A stretch of 64,000 nt of DNA from Octopus vulgaris (taxonomy: Eukaryota): positions 207,576,001 to 207,640,000 of the forward strand of contig OX597815.1 in NCBI GenBank assembly GCA_951406725.2, given 5' to 3'. Each line of letters begins with the position of its first letter. Position 1 is the first letter of the stretch. This document shows positions 1 through 13,400 of the stretch, in pieces. The notes below the pieces were generated by a model. That model saw nothing but the letters and a program-made list of their open reading frames with translations. It was not told where the DNA came from and ran no database searches. Made by a program: the position numbers and the translations under genes.

Positions 1-387
1 ATTTTTATTGCGGTGAATTAGCTGACCCGTTAGCACGCCGGACACAAAGCTAAGCGGCATTTCGTCCGTCTTCACGTTCTGAGTTCAAAATACCGCCCAG
101 GAAGGATGAAAGGTAAAGTCGAACTTGGAAAAGGACTAAAATATTAGAACCGAGTTGTGAAAGTCATTTCAATATTGGTAAGATTGATATTAATGTTCAG
201 CAACAGCGTAAATAACAATGATTTCATATTTTGACATATTATTGAATAGGTCTGTGTGTCTGCAGTGATTGACAGAATTGGTTGGTTGTTGGTTAGAATT
301 CCATGAAATAATTTAGTCGTCTCATTTGAAGCTAATAGTAAAATGTTGGATGCTCATTCGACTAATCTAGACTATATAAAATTTACA

Positions 388-616
388 GGCGGCGAGCTGG
401 CAGAAACGTTATCACGCCGAGCGAAATGCTTAGCGGTATTTCGTCTTCTGTTATGTTCTGAGTTCAAATTCCGCCGAGGTTGACTTTGCCTTTCATCCTT
501 TCAGAGTCGATAAATTAAGTACCAGTTTCGCACTGGAGTCGATGTAATTAACTTAATCCCTTTGTCTGTCCTTGTTTGTCCCCTCTATGTTTAGCCCCTT
601 GTGGGCAATAAAGAAA
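388..616 (+). mobile_element. tRNA-derived SINE family B (representative copy)
   Basis: GGCGGCGAGCTGGCAGA...GAGTTCAAAT box B, then GACTTTGCCTTTCATCCTTTC...GATAAATTAAGTACCAG. Other copies at 10-130, ~1592-1757-, a minus-strand cluster 2080-4322, 37210-37408, 43348-43434, 52757-52985 and 61757-61958. Confidence 0.85.
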
Positions 617-1206
617 TATATATAAAACTTATTCCATTTTTTACACTCTGTTGTTTAGATTCAATAGAAAACATTTAAGAAAGAAAAATAAAAGACTTAT
701 AGCAGAGCAGATTGATCCAATCACGTTTATCTCTCTTGATAAAAGATTAATCATGTTTTAATCAAAATCTGTCCATGCTCACTACTCACTCCTATAACAA
801 AACTAAATTATGACGAGTAGCTATGTTAAGGGAGATAACTTTCTTTCGTCATTGTGTCTTCAACGCCTGCAGCGCATTCATGACTTTACAACGCAAGTCT
901 TACCGATTAAGCACGACGTCTCCAATGACCTACGATCAGACATCTGCGCTTATTTAAGGGTATCTGTATGACCACATTCTCTAATTGACTTACTTCTTCG
1001 TGGCGGTCGGATATTGTGTGTATGTGTGCGCAGGAGTGGCTGTGTGGTAAGAAACTTGCTTCCCAACCACATGGTTCTGAGTTCAGTCCCTGTGCGTGGC
1101 ACCTTGGGGAAGTGTCTACAATAGACTCAGGCCGACCAAAGCCTTGTGGGCGGATTTAGTAGACGGAAACTGAAAGAAGCCTGTTGTGTGTGTGTGTGTG
1201 TGTATG

Positions 1207-1253
<47 letters not shown>

Positions 1254-1259
<6 letters not shown>

Positions 1260-1463
1260 GAAAGAATGGAGTCGAACGAAGATTTTAACAAAATTGTTAA
1301 AATCTTCGTTCGACTCCATTCTTTCATTTATTCATATAAAAAACACACAAATTTCCACACAAGAACCCGGAGTTTCTACCCTTGACAGATCGCTTCAACC
1401 GTGTTTTCTGACGTGAATTTGCTACCCAGGTACCGGTTAAACGAATTTTCCATGCTAGGATAA

Positions 1464-1466
<3 letters not shown>
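1254..1466. mobile_element. Palindromic PLE-like terminus: 38-bp perfect arms plus ~135-bp tail, in the (TA)n tract of a SINE
   Basis: 1254-1291 is the exact reverse complement of 1294-1331 (2-nt loop); unique tail to ~1466; TA tracts on both sides. Confidence 0.65.
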
Positions 1467-1523
<57 letters not shown>

Positions 1524-2469
1524 GTGTGTGTGTTGTCCCACTCCCAACCTATTACCGCTTGAGTACTGGTGTTGCCCTCGGACAAAGGACCAACAGTTTT
1601 TAAGGAGAGGTGGAAGTTGATTACATCGACGCCAGTACTTGACTGACACTTATTTTATCGGCCCCGAAAGGACGAAAAGCAAAGTAGACCTCAGTAGAAT
1701 TTGAACTCAGAATGCAAAGCATTTTATCGGGCGTACTAACGATTCTGCTTGCTCGCCACATAGAAATTAATAAAGTAATAAATATTGCACCTCGCCTATG
1801 CATGTGTCAAGTAAAAAGCACTTAGTCCACTGTGCTGAGTGGTTGGTGTTAGGAAGAGCATCCAGCTGTAAAAATCCTGCCAAAACAGTTACAGAAGTCT
1901 GGTGCAGGCTTCGGCCTGGCCGGCTCTTGTAGTACCGTCCCATCCATGCTAGCATGGAACACGGACTTTAAATGATGATGATGGTGATTGGGTAAGAATA
2001 TGTCAGAAAAGGTGTATACTAGATAGACAATTAGTGCTCAGACCGACCAGAAACCTAAAATTCAATGTAGAGCGACGAGAGACGGAATCCAGGCGAACAA
2101 GAATTCACTAACTCTTGCTCTATTTACCTCGGTGGAACTTGAAGCCAGAAAGAAAAAGAGTCTGGACGAATGTCATCAAGCATTTTTATCCGGTGCTCTA
2201 CTGATTTTTCTTGGTGAAATGATATTTGTTACGAAATTTAGGCCAGCAACTTTAGATGGACGTATTTAGTCGACTGCCCCAACTCTTGTGCTTGATTGCT
2301 ACACTGTTATTGCTCGCGAAAGGCAAAGTTAACTAAGACGAAATTCGAGCCGAATGAAATACAGCTGGTCATTACTCGACATGTTAAAGAATTTTCCAGC
2401 TCATCGCCTTCATGATTTCAAATTTTGGGCACAAAGCAGGAGTGAATAAGGGTTCAACTGGTGCTTATT

Positions 2470-2511
<42 letters not shown>

Positions 2512-4323
2512 TTGCTTGTCAGTTGTTTGACCGTAACCAGTTGAGCATGTTCCTTAGTGGCTGACGATATGTGCATCTCCGATCACGAGCAGAAGTAGTG
2601 GGGGAGCATCATAGCCGTGTGTTGAGAGGGATTCTTTGGGGTTTGAATAATTCCCCTCTGGAAACATGTTTCGTTCAACACCCTTAAACAACCCTTATTC
2701 AGGGACCTTTTGAGTGGGATGGGTTACTTGACCTGAAGAAAATTCTAACTGGGCCTCACCTGCCAGGTCATGCGCTGTTTATCTTGGCATGAGATCACCA
2801 TGTCGCGCACATATGGTTGTGATGCATGTGCCTAGTGTACCCTTATCAGACGGGTAGTCATGATGGGCATACTGGGCTTCGTATATTTTACCCCAGTGTC
2901 ACTTTGATGGCATGCACTGCTCTCTGATTCAATAATAATAATAATGAAATTATTGTATACAGTGCCCAGGTGCATCACAACTTGTCAAAAATGTGTATAA
3001 AGCATATGCAGTAATGTACAAATGTCTGGGAAGTGAACAGTGTATGAGTCAGATACATGCTTGCGTGTGTATGGAGTGTGTTTGTCGACCCCAGAAGGAT
3101 GAATGGCGAAGTCAACCTTGGTGGTATTTGAACTTAAAAGGTAAAGAGTCGGAAGAGCTTGCCTCTCTGCATTTTGTCCAACACGCTAATGATTCTACCA
3201 GTTGACCGCCTCAGCAATCCATTCTGCTATAAACTCAAGGCCTGGAATTTGAGTGGGAGAAAGCTAGTCGTTTACTTGTGCTCAACTTGTGCTTATTTTA
3301 TCGACTCCTGGTGGATGAAAAGCAAACTAAACTTCAGCAGTATTTGAATTCAGAATGTTAAGTGTCAGAAGAAATGTCACTAAGTATAGTTGTCTGGTGT
3401 GATGACGATTCTGCCAACTCGCCGTCTTTAATTCTTTCTACTGTAGATACAAGGCATGAAATTTGCCGAGTGGGGCACAATCGATCACATCGTCTTCGAC
3501 AGAATTTGAACTCGGAACGTAAAGAGCTGACTCGGTAACGATTCTGCTAGCTCGCCACTCAGTACGAGACAGAAAACCTCCGTTCAAGAATTTGGACCTG
3601 GAGATCTCCATTTCCAGCGACTTCGAGGGCCACCTCCCAGTGGTGTTTGGCGTCAGCGAAGAGCCCTCGACTACAACAAGACGACCAAAGTTTTTTTTCC
3701 AAGGTCTGGGGTCTCCCACCCCTAATCACCTAATCACCCTTACCCGTCTTGTTGCTTAACAACAACAACAAGACAGAAAACCTGAAATTTTGATGGTGAA
3801 GAAGTGGCTAGTCGATAACATCAACCCCATTGCTCAACTGGTACTTAATTTATTGGTATCGGGAGGTAGAAGGGCAAAGTCGACCTTGGCAGAATTTGAA
3901 CGAAAAATGTAAAGATGGACGAAATACCGCTAAACAAATACTTAAATTATCTAGCGGGCCAACGATTCTACCAGCTCGCCGCCTTAATTAAAATAGTCTA
4001 GCAAAGTACAAGGCCTGAAATTTGGGGTAAGAATTTAATCGATACTAATAATTCCAGTATTTGATTGGTGCTTATTTTATTAAATTCGAAGGGAAGAATG
4101 GCAAAGAGCTAGAACAAATACCGCAAGGTATATGTTGGCCTTCAATTTCAGGGCAGGGGTCAAGGCGATTCATCGACACCAGTACTCATGTGGTACTTAT
4201 TTTATCGAAAGGACGAAAGGCAAAATCGATCTCGGTCGAATTTGAACTCAGAACATAAAGACAGATGAAATGCCACTAAACACTTTTCTCGGCATGCTAA
4301 CGATTCTGCCAGCTCACCATCTT

Positions 4324-4606
4324 GTTTGTTCCTTCTCGAGCCACGCCTGGCTCATTAGGGCCGGTTTCCCGGTTTCCTTGGCGTATAGATTTCCCCACCT
4401 GGACGGGACGCCGGTCCGTCGCAGGTGAGCTGCAAGATGCAGGAGGAAAGAGTGAGAGAAAGTTGTGGCAAAAGAGTCAGCAGATGTTCGCCATTACCTT
4501 ATGCTGGAGCCGCATGGAGTTTAGGTGTATCGCTCGGTCAGAGATTCGAACTCGCGATCCCTCCTCCGCGAGTCCGTTGCTCTAACCACTAGGCCATGTG
4601 CCTCCA
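4324..4606 (-). mobile_element. Young tRNA-derived SINE (family D) with 14-bp TSD
   Basis: CAGCTCACCATCTT at 4310-4323 and 4607-4620; minus-strand A box TGGCCTAGTGG and B box GTTCGAATC. Relatives at ~10620-11005 and ~51965-52515. Confidence 0.85.
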
Positions 4607-5080
4607 CAGCTCACCATCTTAATCGTGAAATAATATCGATTGTATACAAGCTACTTATTGTTAGTACCGATACGTATAAAATATGGCAATGTATTAAAAA
4701 TAATCTGAATAAAATTCTAAGCTAGTTGTCAATGGTAGAAAAGAAAGAATAAAATAAAATAAAATGCAGAACAGAAATTCATTTATCTTTCATGAGTAAA
4801 ATTTCCTTTCTAGATGTCAATTATCTTGGCAGTGCTTCTAAATATTTGAAAAGGTGGTGGTCATTGAGAAATCTCAAGCAAAATGCCGAGAGACATTTAA
4901 TCACAACACGACATTTTGCGTTTAAAGTTCAAATCCCGCCGAGGTCTACTTTGTTTTTATCATTCCGAAGGTCGATTATATAAATACTAGTCATACACTG
5001 AGGTTCATTTTTATCGAGTACAGCTTCCACGAAATTTCAAACCTTGTATCTCTGTAAAAAAATTTAAAATCCCTAATATA

Positions 5081-5480
5081 GGCATAGGAGTGGCTGTGTG
5101 GTAAGTAGCTTGCTAACCAGCCACATGGTTCCGGGTTCAGTCCTACTGCATGGTACCTTGTCCAAGTGTCTTCTACTATAGCCTCGGGCCGACCAATGCC
5201 TTGTGAGTGGATTTGGTAGACGGAAACTGAAAGAAGCCCGTTGTATATATATGTATATAAAATATATGTATGTGTATGTGTATATGTCTGTGTTTGTCCC
5301 CCAACATCGCTTGACAACTGATGCTGGTGTGTTTACGTCCCCGTCACTTAGCGGTTCGGCAAAAGAGACTGATAGAATAAGTACTAGGCTTACAAAGAAT
5401 AGGTCCTGGGGTTGATTTGCTCGACTAAAAATTGGTGCTTCAGCATGGCCACAGTCGAATGACTGAAACAAGTAAAAGAG
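5081..5480 (+). mobile_element. tRNA-derived SINE family A (representative full copy)
   Basis: Head GGCATAGGAGTGGCTGTGTGGTAAG...GGTTCAGTCC, internal TA/TG microsatellite, GTAAAAGA tail. Other copies: 1028-1585+, 6001-6408-, 7257-7660+, 15172-15548-, 20790-21193-, 36143-36525+, 43017-43344- (headless), 44409-44818+, 53151-53521+, 57652-58072+, 58186-58606+, 59208-59610+, 60525-60930+, 61023-61399+, 63416-63820+. Confidence 0.9.
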
Positions 5481-8400
5481 TAATATAGTTATGGGCAAAC
5501 TGCAGCCCGCCAAGAATGACACTCTAAACGAAGAATTACCTGAATCTTTTTCTCTCTCTCTCTCCGCGGCTCGCTTGACGATGAGCCAGGTCTCATGCTG
5601 CCCTCTTCTGGTAAAACATTACCAATGCGTAAAGGGTAAAAATGAAGCAAAAAAATTTTTTTTTAAATTGCTATTTTCAAGATAAATAACTTTTGACAAA
5701 TCTGAACGATCAGCAAGAGTTATTTCCCTTGTCTTGATTTCTGTTGCTGTTCCAACTTGAATTTCTTAAATGTACTTCATTTATGCCAATTACTCGGGAA
5801 ATGAATTATAATTGTGCTGATGCCAGAATGGTAGGAAATCTTTATAATTCCGATTTGCTATATTTTCCACTATCCTCAAGCATACTGAACCCTTTTAGAT
5901 GAGGGAGTTGTGGATCGTTTCATGCCGTGCTGCACAGAATAAATTTTTAAATTTTATTTCTATTTTATCAACTATTGCAATCGAAGAGTTTTTAGCTATA
6001 CTCTTTTACTCTTTTACTTGTTTCAGTTATTTGACTGCGGCCATGCTGGAGCACCGCCTTTAATCGAGCAAATCAACCCCAGGACTTATTCTTTTGTAAG
6101 CCCAGTACTTATTCTATCGGTCTCTTTTGCCGAACCGCTAAGTGACGGGGACGTAAACACACCAGCATCGGTTGTCAAGCAATGCTAGGGAGACAAACAC
6201 AGACACGCAAACACATACATACATATAGATATATATACATATATACGACGGGCTTCTTTCAGTTTCCGTCTACCAAATCCACTCACAAGGCATTGGTCGG
6301 CCCGAAGCTATAGTAGAAGACACTTGCCGAAGGTGCCAGGCAGTGGGAATGAACCCAGAACCATGTGGTTGGTAAGCAAGCTACTTACCACACAGCCACT
6401 CCTGTGCCTATATTATTAACATATCTTATTTTTCTTTTTTAAAATATATTCTAATGAGAATTAGTATTTACTGCATGTCATGTACACCCAAATTGACATA
6501 ATTCAACAAAATAGTTTCAAACATCATATTCCTCTTCAAAAGACACGTTAGTATATAAAACTGCTTTCAGTAGTTAAGGACAATGAAATTTTGAGTGGAT
6601 ATACCTGATTTCGGATTTAAAGGGTTGAGAGAGAATACTATTGATTATAGGGAGATTTTACTGCATTTCTAGTATTTTGAACTCTGGTATCATTGATAAT
6701 TAATTAGTGGTTAACAATGATAACAGAACTGAAAGCTAAAGAGTTGGCGAAACAGAAGGTTTAAGGTCGGTAAAAGTTAATGACTGCTGGAAAACGAAAA
6801 TGGTTTGTTGGACAGCAAAATGGTGAAAATGTATCTTCCATCTTTTGATTTAACAAATTCGAATCAATCTGACAAAATCACCACTCACCTCACTCAAACA
6901 AAACAACAATAATACAAAAATGAATGACCAACAACAATAGCAACAATACTTTTATAAAACGTCTTTATGACAAAAAAACTGGCTTCATCTCTTAATATTT
7001 TCGATGGCTGTCAGACGGACTTGATATCAGTTTATGTTTGAGAATGAGAAATCACATCTGTCTTGATTCCAATCATTAATGAATTTTTCAAATTTCTTTT
7101 TACTGTTAATAATTGTTAGAACTTTTTCTTACAATTTCGTTAATGAATATTTTAAGGGAATTTTTTTTTAAAAGAAATGGTATATAATGGTATTTACTGG
7201 GTTTACTTTCCATGGACAGATACTTTGAAGATCGTTTTAAATTAAAAATATTTATAGGCACAGGAGTGGCTGTGTGGTAAGTAGCTTGCTTACCAACCAC
7301 ATGGTTCCGGGTTCAGTCCCACTGCATGGCACCTTAGGCAAGTGCCTTCAACTAAAGCCTCAGGCCCACCAAAGCCTTGTGAGTGGATTTGGTAGATGGA
7401 AACTGAAAGAAGCCTGTTGTATATATGTGTGTGTATATGTTTGTGAGTCTGTGTTTGTCCCCCCACCCACCCAACATCACTTGACAACCGATGATGGTAT
7501 GTTTGCATCCCTGTAACTTAACGGTTTGGCAAAAAATGACTGATAGAATAAGTACTAGGCTTACAAAGAATAAGTCCTGGGGTCGAGTTGCTCGACTAAA
7601 GTTGGTGCTCCAGCATGGCCGCAGTCAAAATGACTGAAACAAGTAAAAGAGTAAAAGAGTATAGGATATTTCCCTATAAAGGCAATGACTGAAAGCTACT
7701 TTCTTATTCATGTATTTCTGTATAATTATGGATTTGTTCAATCTTTATTCCCTTATTTTACTTTAAGTGTCATTAGTTTTGTATGCTTGCTATCAAGATG
7801 CATTCCATGTGTCTCTTTTTCAAGCATATCTATAAGGGTTTTATTTTTTTTTGTGGTGAGGAAGCAACTTTTAATCACTTTAAGGAAATTATAAAATATG
7901 TAATGCCTGTATTTATACATTTGTTAAAATGTAACTTGTGTTCAAACTTTATATAATTCTTCACAAGTCTTTCTTTTTTCTATACCATACATCTTTTTTC
8001 GCTTTCTCTTGCCTTTCTGTTTTACCTTCTTTTTTATAAATGGCATCATTCAAAACATTAGATTCTCTTCTTCTGCTTCTTTCTGTTGCCTACTGACCCT
8101 CATTGTTTATTTTCCTTCATATATATTTTTTAGTCACATGTTTTCGCTTGATTATGTGTTTTTTGTTTCCCTTTCGGCCTCCAATTTTACTTGTATTACT
8201 TGTTACTCTCCCCTTACATTCTTATGAAACTACTCCACCACCACCACTTCACCAATCTGCTGACCATATCCTCTCTTATGCTCATCTACCTTGACTTTTC
8301 TCTGGCATGCCATCACTAGCATTTTTCTTTATCTTCATTGTCACACTTACTATAACTCTCTCTATATTTGTGGTAGCCATATATCCCCTCTATATCAAGA

Positions 8401-8994
8401 CATTTATTCTTGTCCCCCTATCAGTCTTTTAGCTTCTCAGCACCTGGCATAAAGCCACTTGTCCCTTCCTTCATCATTAGGATCTTCTCTTTTAACTTAT
8501 TTAGTAACCTCAATAGCACCAGTGGGATTTTAAAAAGTACCCAATACAAACTGTAAAGTGGTTGGTGTTAGGATGGACATCCAGCCATAGAAAACCTGCC
8601 AAAACTAATTCTAGAGGTCAGTGTAGCCCTGTGGCTCACCAGATCCTGTCAAATTGTCCAGCCCATGCCAATATGGAAAACTGATGTTAAATGATTATCT
8701 ATCATTCTCTCGTATATCTAGCTGTCTGTGTGCACCTATCCGTAGGTAGATAAGTACCACACTTTGTTAACCCTTGCATAATTGCAGTAAAGGTCCATAT
8801 ATCTTATGTCTGCAATTGCAATGTGTGAAGTTATGGAAGGCAGCTTCTACAGGAATCTAGATTATCACAACACAAATCTTTTCAATGTAATTGGAAAGAG
8901 AAACCTGTAAATAAGATCAGAAATGCACTTTTCTGAGCCAAGTGTCATCAGACGTTTAATACCTAGAGTTGAAAAGTTAATATAAACATATAAT

Positions 8995-9651
8995 GCCTAT
9001 AGCTGACGATCTTGGAGAGGCACAAAACCTATAGCTGACGACTTTGGAGAGGCGCAACGCCTATAGCTGGCGATCTTGGGGAGGCGCAACGCCTATAGCT
9101 GACGATCTTGAAGGGGCGTAACGCCTATAGCTGACGATCTTGGAGGGGCGTAACGCCTATAGCTGACGATCTTGGAGGGGCATAACACCTATAGCTGAAG
9201 ATCTTCGAGAGGCGTAACGCCTATAGCTGACGATCTTGGAGGGGCATAACACCTATAGCTGAAGATCTTCGAGAGGCGCAATGCCTATAGCTGACGATCT
9301 TGAAGGGGCGTAACGCCTATAGCTGACGATCTTGGAGGGGCATAACGCCTATAGGTGACGATCTTGGAGGGGCATAACGCCTATAGATGACGATCTTGGA
9401 GACGTGCAACGCCTATAGCTGACGATCTTGGAGAGGCGCAATGCCTATAGCTGACAATTTTGGAGGGGCGCAACGCCTATAGCTGACGATCTTGGAGAGG
9501 CGCAACGCCTATAGCTGACGATCTTGGAGAGGCGCAACGCCTATAGCTGACAATCTTGGAGAGGCACAACACCTATAGCTGACGATCTTGGAGGCATAAC
9601 ACCTATTGCTGACAATCTTGGAGAGGCGCAACACCTATAGCTGACAATCTT
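8995..9651. repeat. 32-bp minisatellite, ~20.5 units
   Basis: Unit GCCTATAGCTGACGATCTTGGAGAGGCGCAAC; one 30-bp unit; the variant GAAGATCTTCGAG recurs 64 bp apart. Confidence 0.95.
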
Positions 9652-11858
9652 CAACTATTTATACTTGAAGCATTTCATCATATTTCTCTGCAGTTCCCTA
9701 CAGTATTTTTATTTTCCAAGTACCAGCTTACTATAATATTCAATAAAGGAAAAATATAATCAACTTAATCTCTGTTTTTAATATCTTCAAAATGACTATA
9801 TTTGTTGGCCTATAGGATGCACCTTAGCCTAAGCTATTCTTTTGTAAATAAAATTACCACTAAAATAATGTTTTAATTATTCCACTTACCTGTATAACCT
9901 TGTGTTATTACTGGTCATTATAAGCAATTTATTGCATCCACATTCTATATAAATATACCATAGGCAATTGTTCACCGATAGATGGCAGCACATGTTTTGT
10001 AAGCATACATACGTTCTGAGCGAGTTTTGAGCCTACATTGAGTCCATTGGACACAGGATTTTTAAAACCATTTTGGGGTAAAAAAGGTGTGTCTTATAGG
10101 CCATCAAATATATAATTAAAACATGAAAGGTGTGTTTTTCATTAGTAATGGGCTACAATTTTCTTTTTTCTATTTTAACCCATTTTTTTTTTGTACTTTC
10201 CCAATTTCACAGTTTTTTTTTTTTTTTCGGTGTAACTGTCCTTTACTCTCAACATTGTTTCATTATTCCCATTTCTTTCTCTCCTATGTACAAAATTGTC
10301 CCCAATATTCCTTTATTTTATGGTGTTCATTCTAATCCTCTTTCATTGGTTTTGTTCCTCTGCTTTTATAAATGACAATCAGAATAAGAACCATTTAGCT
10401 TTAGCAAAGTTTGCAAACCTAGTTCAGAACTTAGTATTATCACAAAACAAGACAAATTTTGTTTGGATGATAAATAGATGAAATTATTTTCTCTTCATGT
10501 ACCATACCTACAGGCATCCAGTAATCAGACCTCTTTGTCCTCCTTCCTCACACAGATTAACACATTACTGGCTGGTCACTCTGAAACCAGCGAGGGTGAC
10601 CATTGTACCATTGTGTATCTTTGTCTTCCCTGCACTAGTGTAGATCGGTTACAATGATGGGTGTTCTAGTTGATCTGATCAACGGAACAGCCTGCTCATG
10701 AAATTAATGTGCAAGTGGCTGAGCACTCCACAGACATGTGCACCCTTAATGTAGTTCTCAGGGAGATTCAGTGTGACACAGAGTGTGACAAGGCTGGCCC
10801 TTTTGAAATACAGGTACAAGAGAAACAGGGAAAAAGTGTGAGAGAGAAAGTTGTGGTGAAAGAGTACTCCCATCCCCAACCTCACCCTCATGGAACTTTA
10901 GGTGTTTTTGCTCAATAAACACTCACAACGCCTGGTCTGGGAATCGAAACCGTGATCCTAAAACCACGAGTCCGCTGCCCTAACCACTGGGCTGTTGTGC
11001 CTCCACACAGGTGCAGAGTAATACACATCTAAAGCAGTCTGTCTGATCTTTGTCAACCCACTTTGAAATATGTTATTCTACTTATCTTCAATGGTGTGAA
11101 AAATGTTTTCAATTTTTCTCTTGCAAAACACTTTTCTGTTAATCTCCGGACATGATATAAAATTAAAAATATAATAAATTATGATAATTACCTAATGGTA
11201 GAATACAAATGTATACAGCAGCTGTCCTATTGAAACTGATGTTCAACAGATGCGTCATGAAGATAAAACAAAGCAGTCAAGTGGAGATCTGTTAAGATGG
11301 CTACTGAAGATAAAACAAAGGCTTGAAAACTAGCCAGTTCGTTGGAAGATGGCTAAGCAGTCTGGTACTTGTACAGCAGATGCATCATACAGTTTTTGTG
11401 TTTGATTTTTAAACTGAATGATAACAGGCGTTCCTTACAATTTCCTCTTTGCAAATTTTTCTTGATTCATCCTTGTTGCAACGATGGTTAAACATGTACT
11501 GTGCATGGCTGCTGTCAGTCGGCTTATTAGAAACTAAATTGCAAGTGTTTTGGTCAGCTTGAGCTATTAAACAAGCTCTTGGTCTGCTGTCAGCAATTGT
11601 GTGAACAACTTGCAATATTGCCTGAAAAATTACTGTTTATGCATCAGCTATAAATTCAACATAATGGAAAAATGTGGAAAGACTTTTAAATAATAGAACA
11701 TGAATCAGTGCAATTCTCCATTTCCCTACTTTCCTTACAAATGGAAGATTTAAGTCTATTTAATAATTTTAGCTGGTGTTCTCTTGTTGAATATGTAAAC
11801 TCATGCAAGTTATGGTTCGTTTCAGTGTTTTGTGAATTGTTCAAAATTGCGTAACATA

Positions 11859-12338
11859 CCGTAAATCCTCGAGTATAGTCCGGCCTTGAGTATAATACGC
11901 AGGGGATTTTTAGGGGGCTGTACTTCTGAAAAACCTAAAACTTGTGTATAATATGCACCCCTTCTCTAACTTAAGTCAAGGAGCTCTATATAGCGTCCTT
12001 GGTTTGTAAAAATGTATATGGTAACGCCCTTTATTATTATTGTATATATAACATAATGAAAATGTGTAGCTTTTTTGTGCCTTTTGTTTGTAGAAAATGA
12101 AGAAATAACAGTAATAACGTTTAATAAATGTTGCTTACTGCAAGTTATGGATGATTTAAGGTATTTTCGCGCCCGACATCACAAAATGCATCTGAATAAA
12201 CATTGCTGGACAGCAAATAGAGATTCGGACATTGCTTAGAAAATAATTTTCATTTTTAACCTCATGTATAATACGCACTAGGGATGTTGACCTTTAAATT
12301 TTGGGGAAAAAATGTGGATTATACTCGAGGATTTACAG
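11859..12338. mobile_element. Tc1/mariner (pogo/Tigger-like) MITE
   Basis: TA|CCGTAAATCCTCGAGTATA ... TATACTCGAGGATTTACAG|TA; TA target duplication; internal repeats of TATAATACGCA. Confidence 0.85.
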
Positions 12339-12371
12339 TACAAACTTCAGATGCATCACTAACTGCTAACT

Positions 12372-12606
12372 GGCAGGTTCATTTTAGCACTCATTTCCAA
12401 AACCCACCTGTTTAATGTACATTTGCAGTGGTGTGTATCATCCTTTGTAAATATTTTTTCAGTATGATTAGACAAGCAGCTGCTAACAGAAGTTGCAGCG
12501 GCTTGTCTAATCATACTGAAAAAATATTTACAAAGGATGATACACACCACTGCAAATGCACATTAAACAGGTGGGTTTTGGAAATGAGTGTTAAAATGAA
12601 CCTGCC
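12372..12606. repeat. Near-perfect palindrome, ~115-bp arms, unclassified foldback element
   Basis: GGCAGGTTCATTTTAGCACTC...CTGCTAAC-AGAA-GTTGCAGC...GAGTGTTAAAATGAACCTGCC; explains mirror ORFs 12359..12550 and 12428..12727. Confidence 0.85.
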
Positions 12607-12651
12607 TTTTTATGAAAGGGAAAAAGGTACACTGGAGTTGAAAGCTATCAA

Positions 12652-12863
12652 CCCTTTTATCAAATTTTTGTTGAGATACTCTGTGTTTCTTTCAATTTTA
12701 AATATAACAACCAAGTTATTTTACTAAATTCTTTATCATTAAGCTAGTGTTAGGAACATAAATTGTGGCTAAGGTTTGGAAGATTTTAATTCAGAACTTT
12801 TGAAAACAAGACATTTGTACTCCAGAACCAGAGGTGGTTTCAAATAGGTTGGTATCAAAAGGG
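12652..12863. mobile_element. piggyBac-type MITE (decayed left TTAA)
   Basis: TCAA|CCCTTTT ... AAAAGGG|TTAA termini. Confidence 0.5.
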
Positions 12864-12974
12864 TTAACGACAGTATTACTCACATACTTAGTGGTAATGA
12901 TTTGAGCTCCTGTTACATACGTTTATCATTGTAGGACACAAGTTGCTATGAGATCTTTTGCTACATGAGATCTT

Positions 12975-13400
12975 TTGTTACATAATGATCAAATAAAAAG
13001 CAGTGGATCACTAGAACAGTATTTCAAGATGGGCTTATTTTGTGTTTTTGCCCAACAGCCAGAAAGAGTATTGTCAGTCTTGAAAACAAATCTTTTTCTT
13101 GTGAACAATGCTTCTAGTTACACACCTAACATAAAAGATATGACTGATAATGTTCAAGTAGCTTTCCTACCTCCAAATGTAACCAACTTGATTTTATCTC
13201 TGGACAAGGGAGTTATTGTTCAATCAAAGCTTACCTTTTACTGTTTGCCTTTTAAGTAATTGCTTAAGCTTTTAGATGATGAAAAAAAAACGGCTCTGTA
13301 AAGAATTATGGCACAGTTACCATATCATTAATACTGTTAAGTACTTTATAAAGTCAAGTAGGCAGTAGGCGAGGTAAGAAGTAAAACTAACCACAATGTT
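12975..13400 (+). pseudogene. Decayed pogo/Tigger (CENP-B-like DDE) transposase fragment
   Basis: LVNNASSY...VAFLPPNVTNLILSLDKGVI resembles the DDE_1 motif LLDNASSH...FLPPNTTS-LQPLDQGVI. Confidence 0.7.

Noticed and set aside
4535-4606. tRNA gene (likewise 61412-61485)
   Set aside because: A and B boxes are present, but there is no acceptor stem or terminator; each continues into a SINE body flanked by TSDs.
5491-5685. Short ORF as the first exon of a plus-strand gene
   Set aside because: No recognisable protein similarity, weak donor site, and no downstream plus-strand exons found.
8995-9651. Minisatellite as a CRISPR array or a tandem hammerhead satellite
   Set aside because: Units are contiguous with no unique spacers, the DNA is eukaryotic with no cas genes, and the hammerhead GAAA strand is missing.
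8820-9960. Minus-strand splice-like sites (donor ~9890, acceptor ~8906) as exons of another gene
   Set aside because: All three frames after the acceptor stop within ~16 codons; a non-coding transcript cannot be supported from sequence alone.
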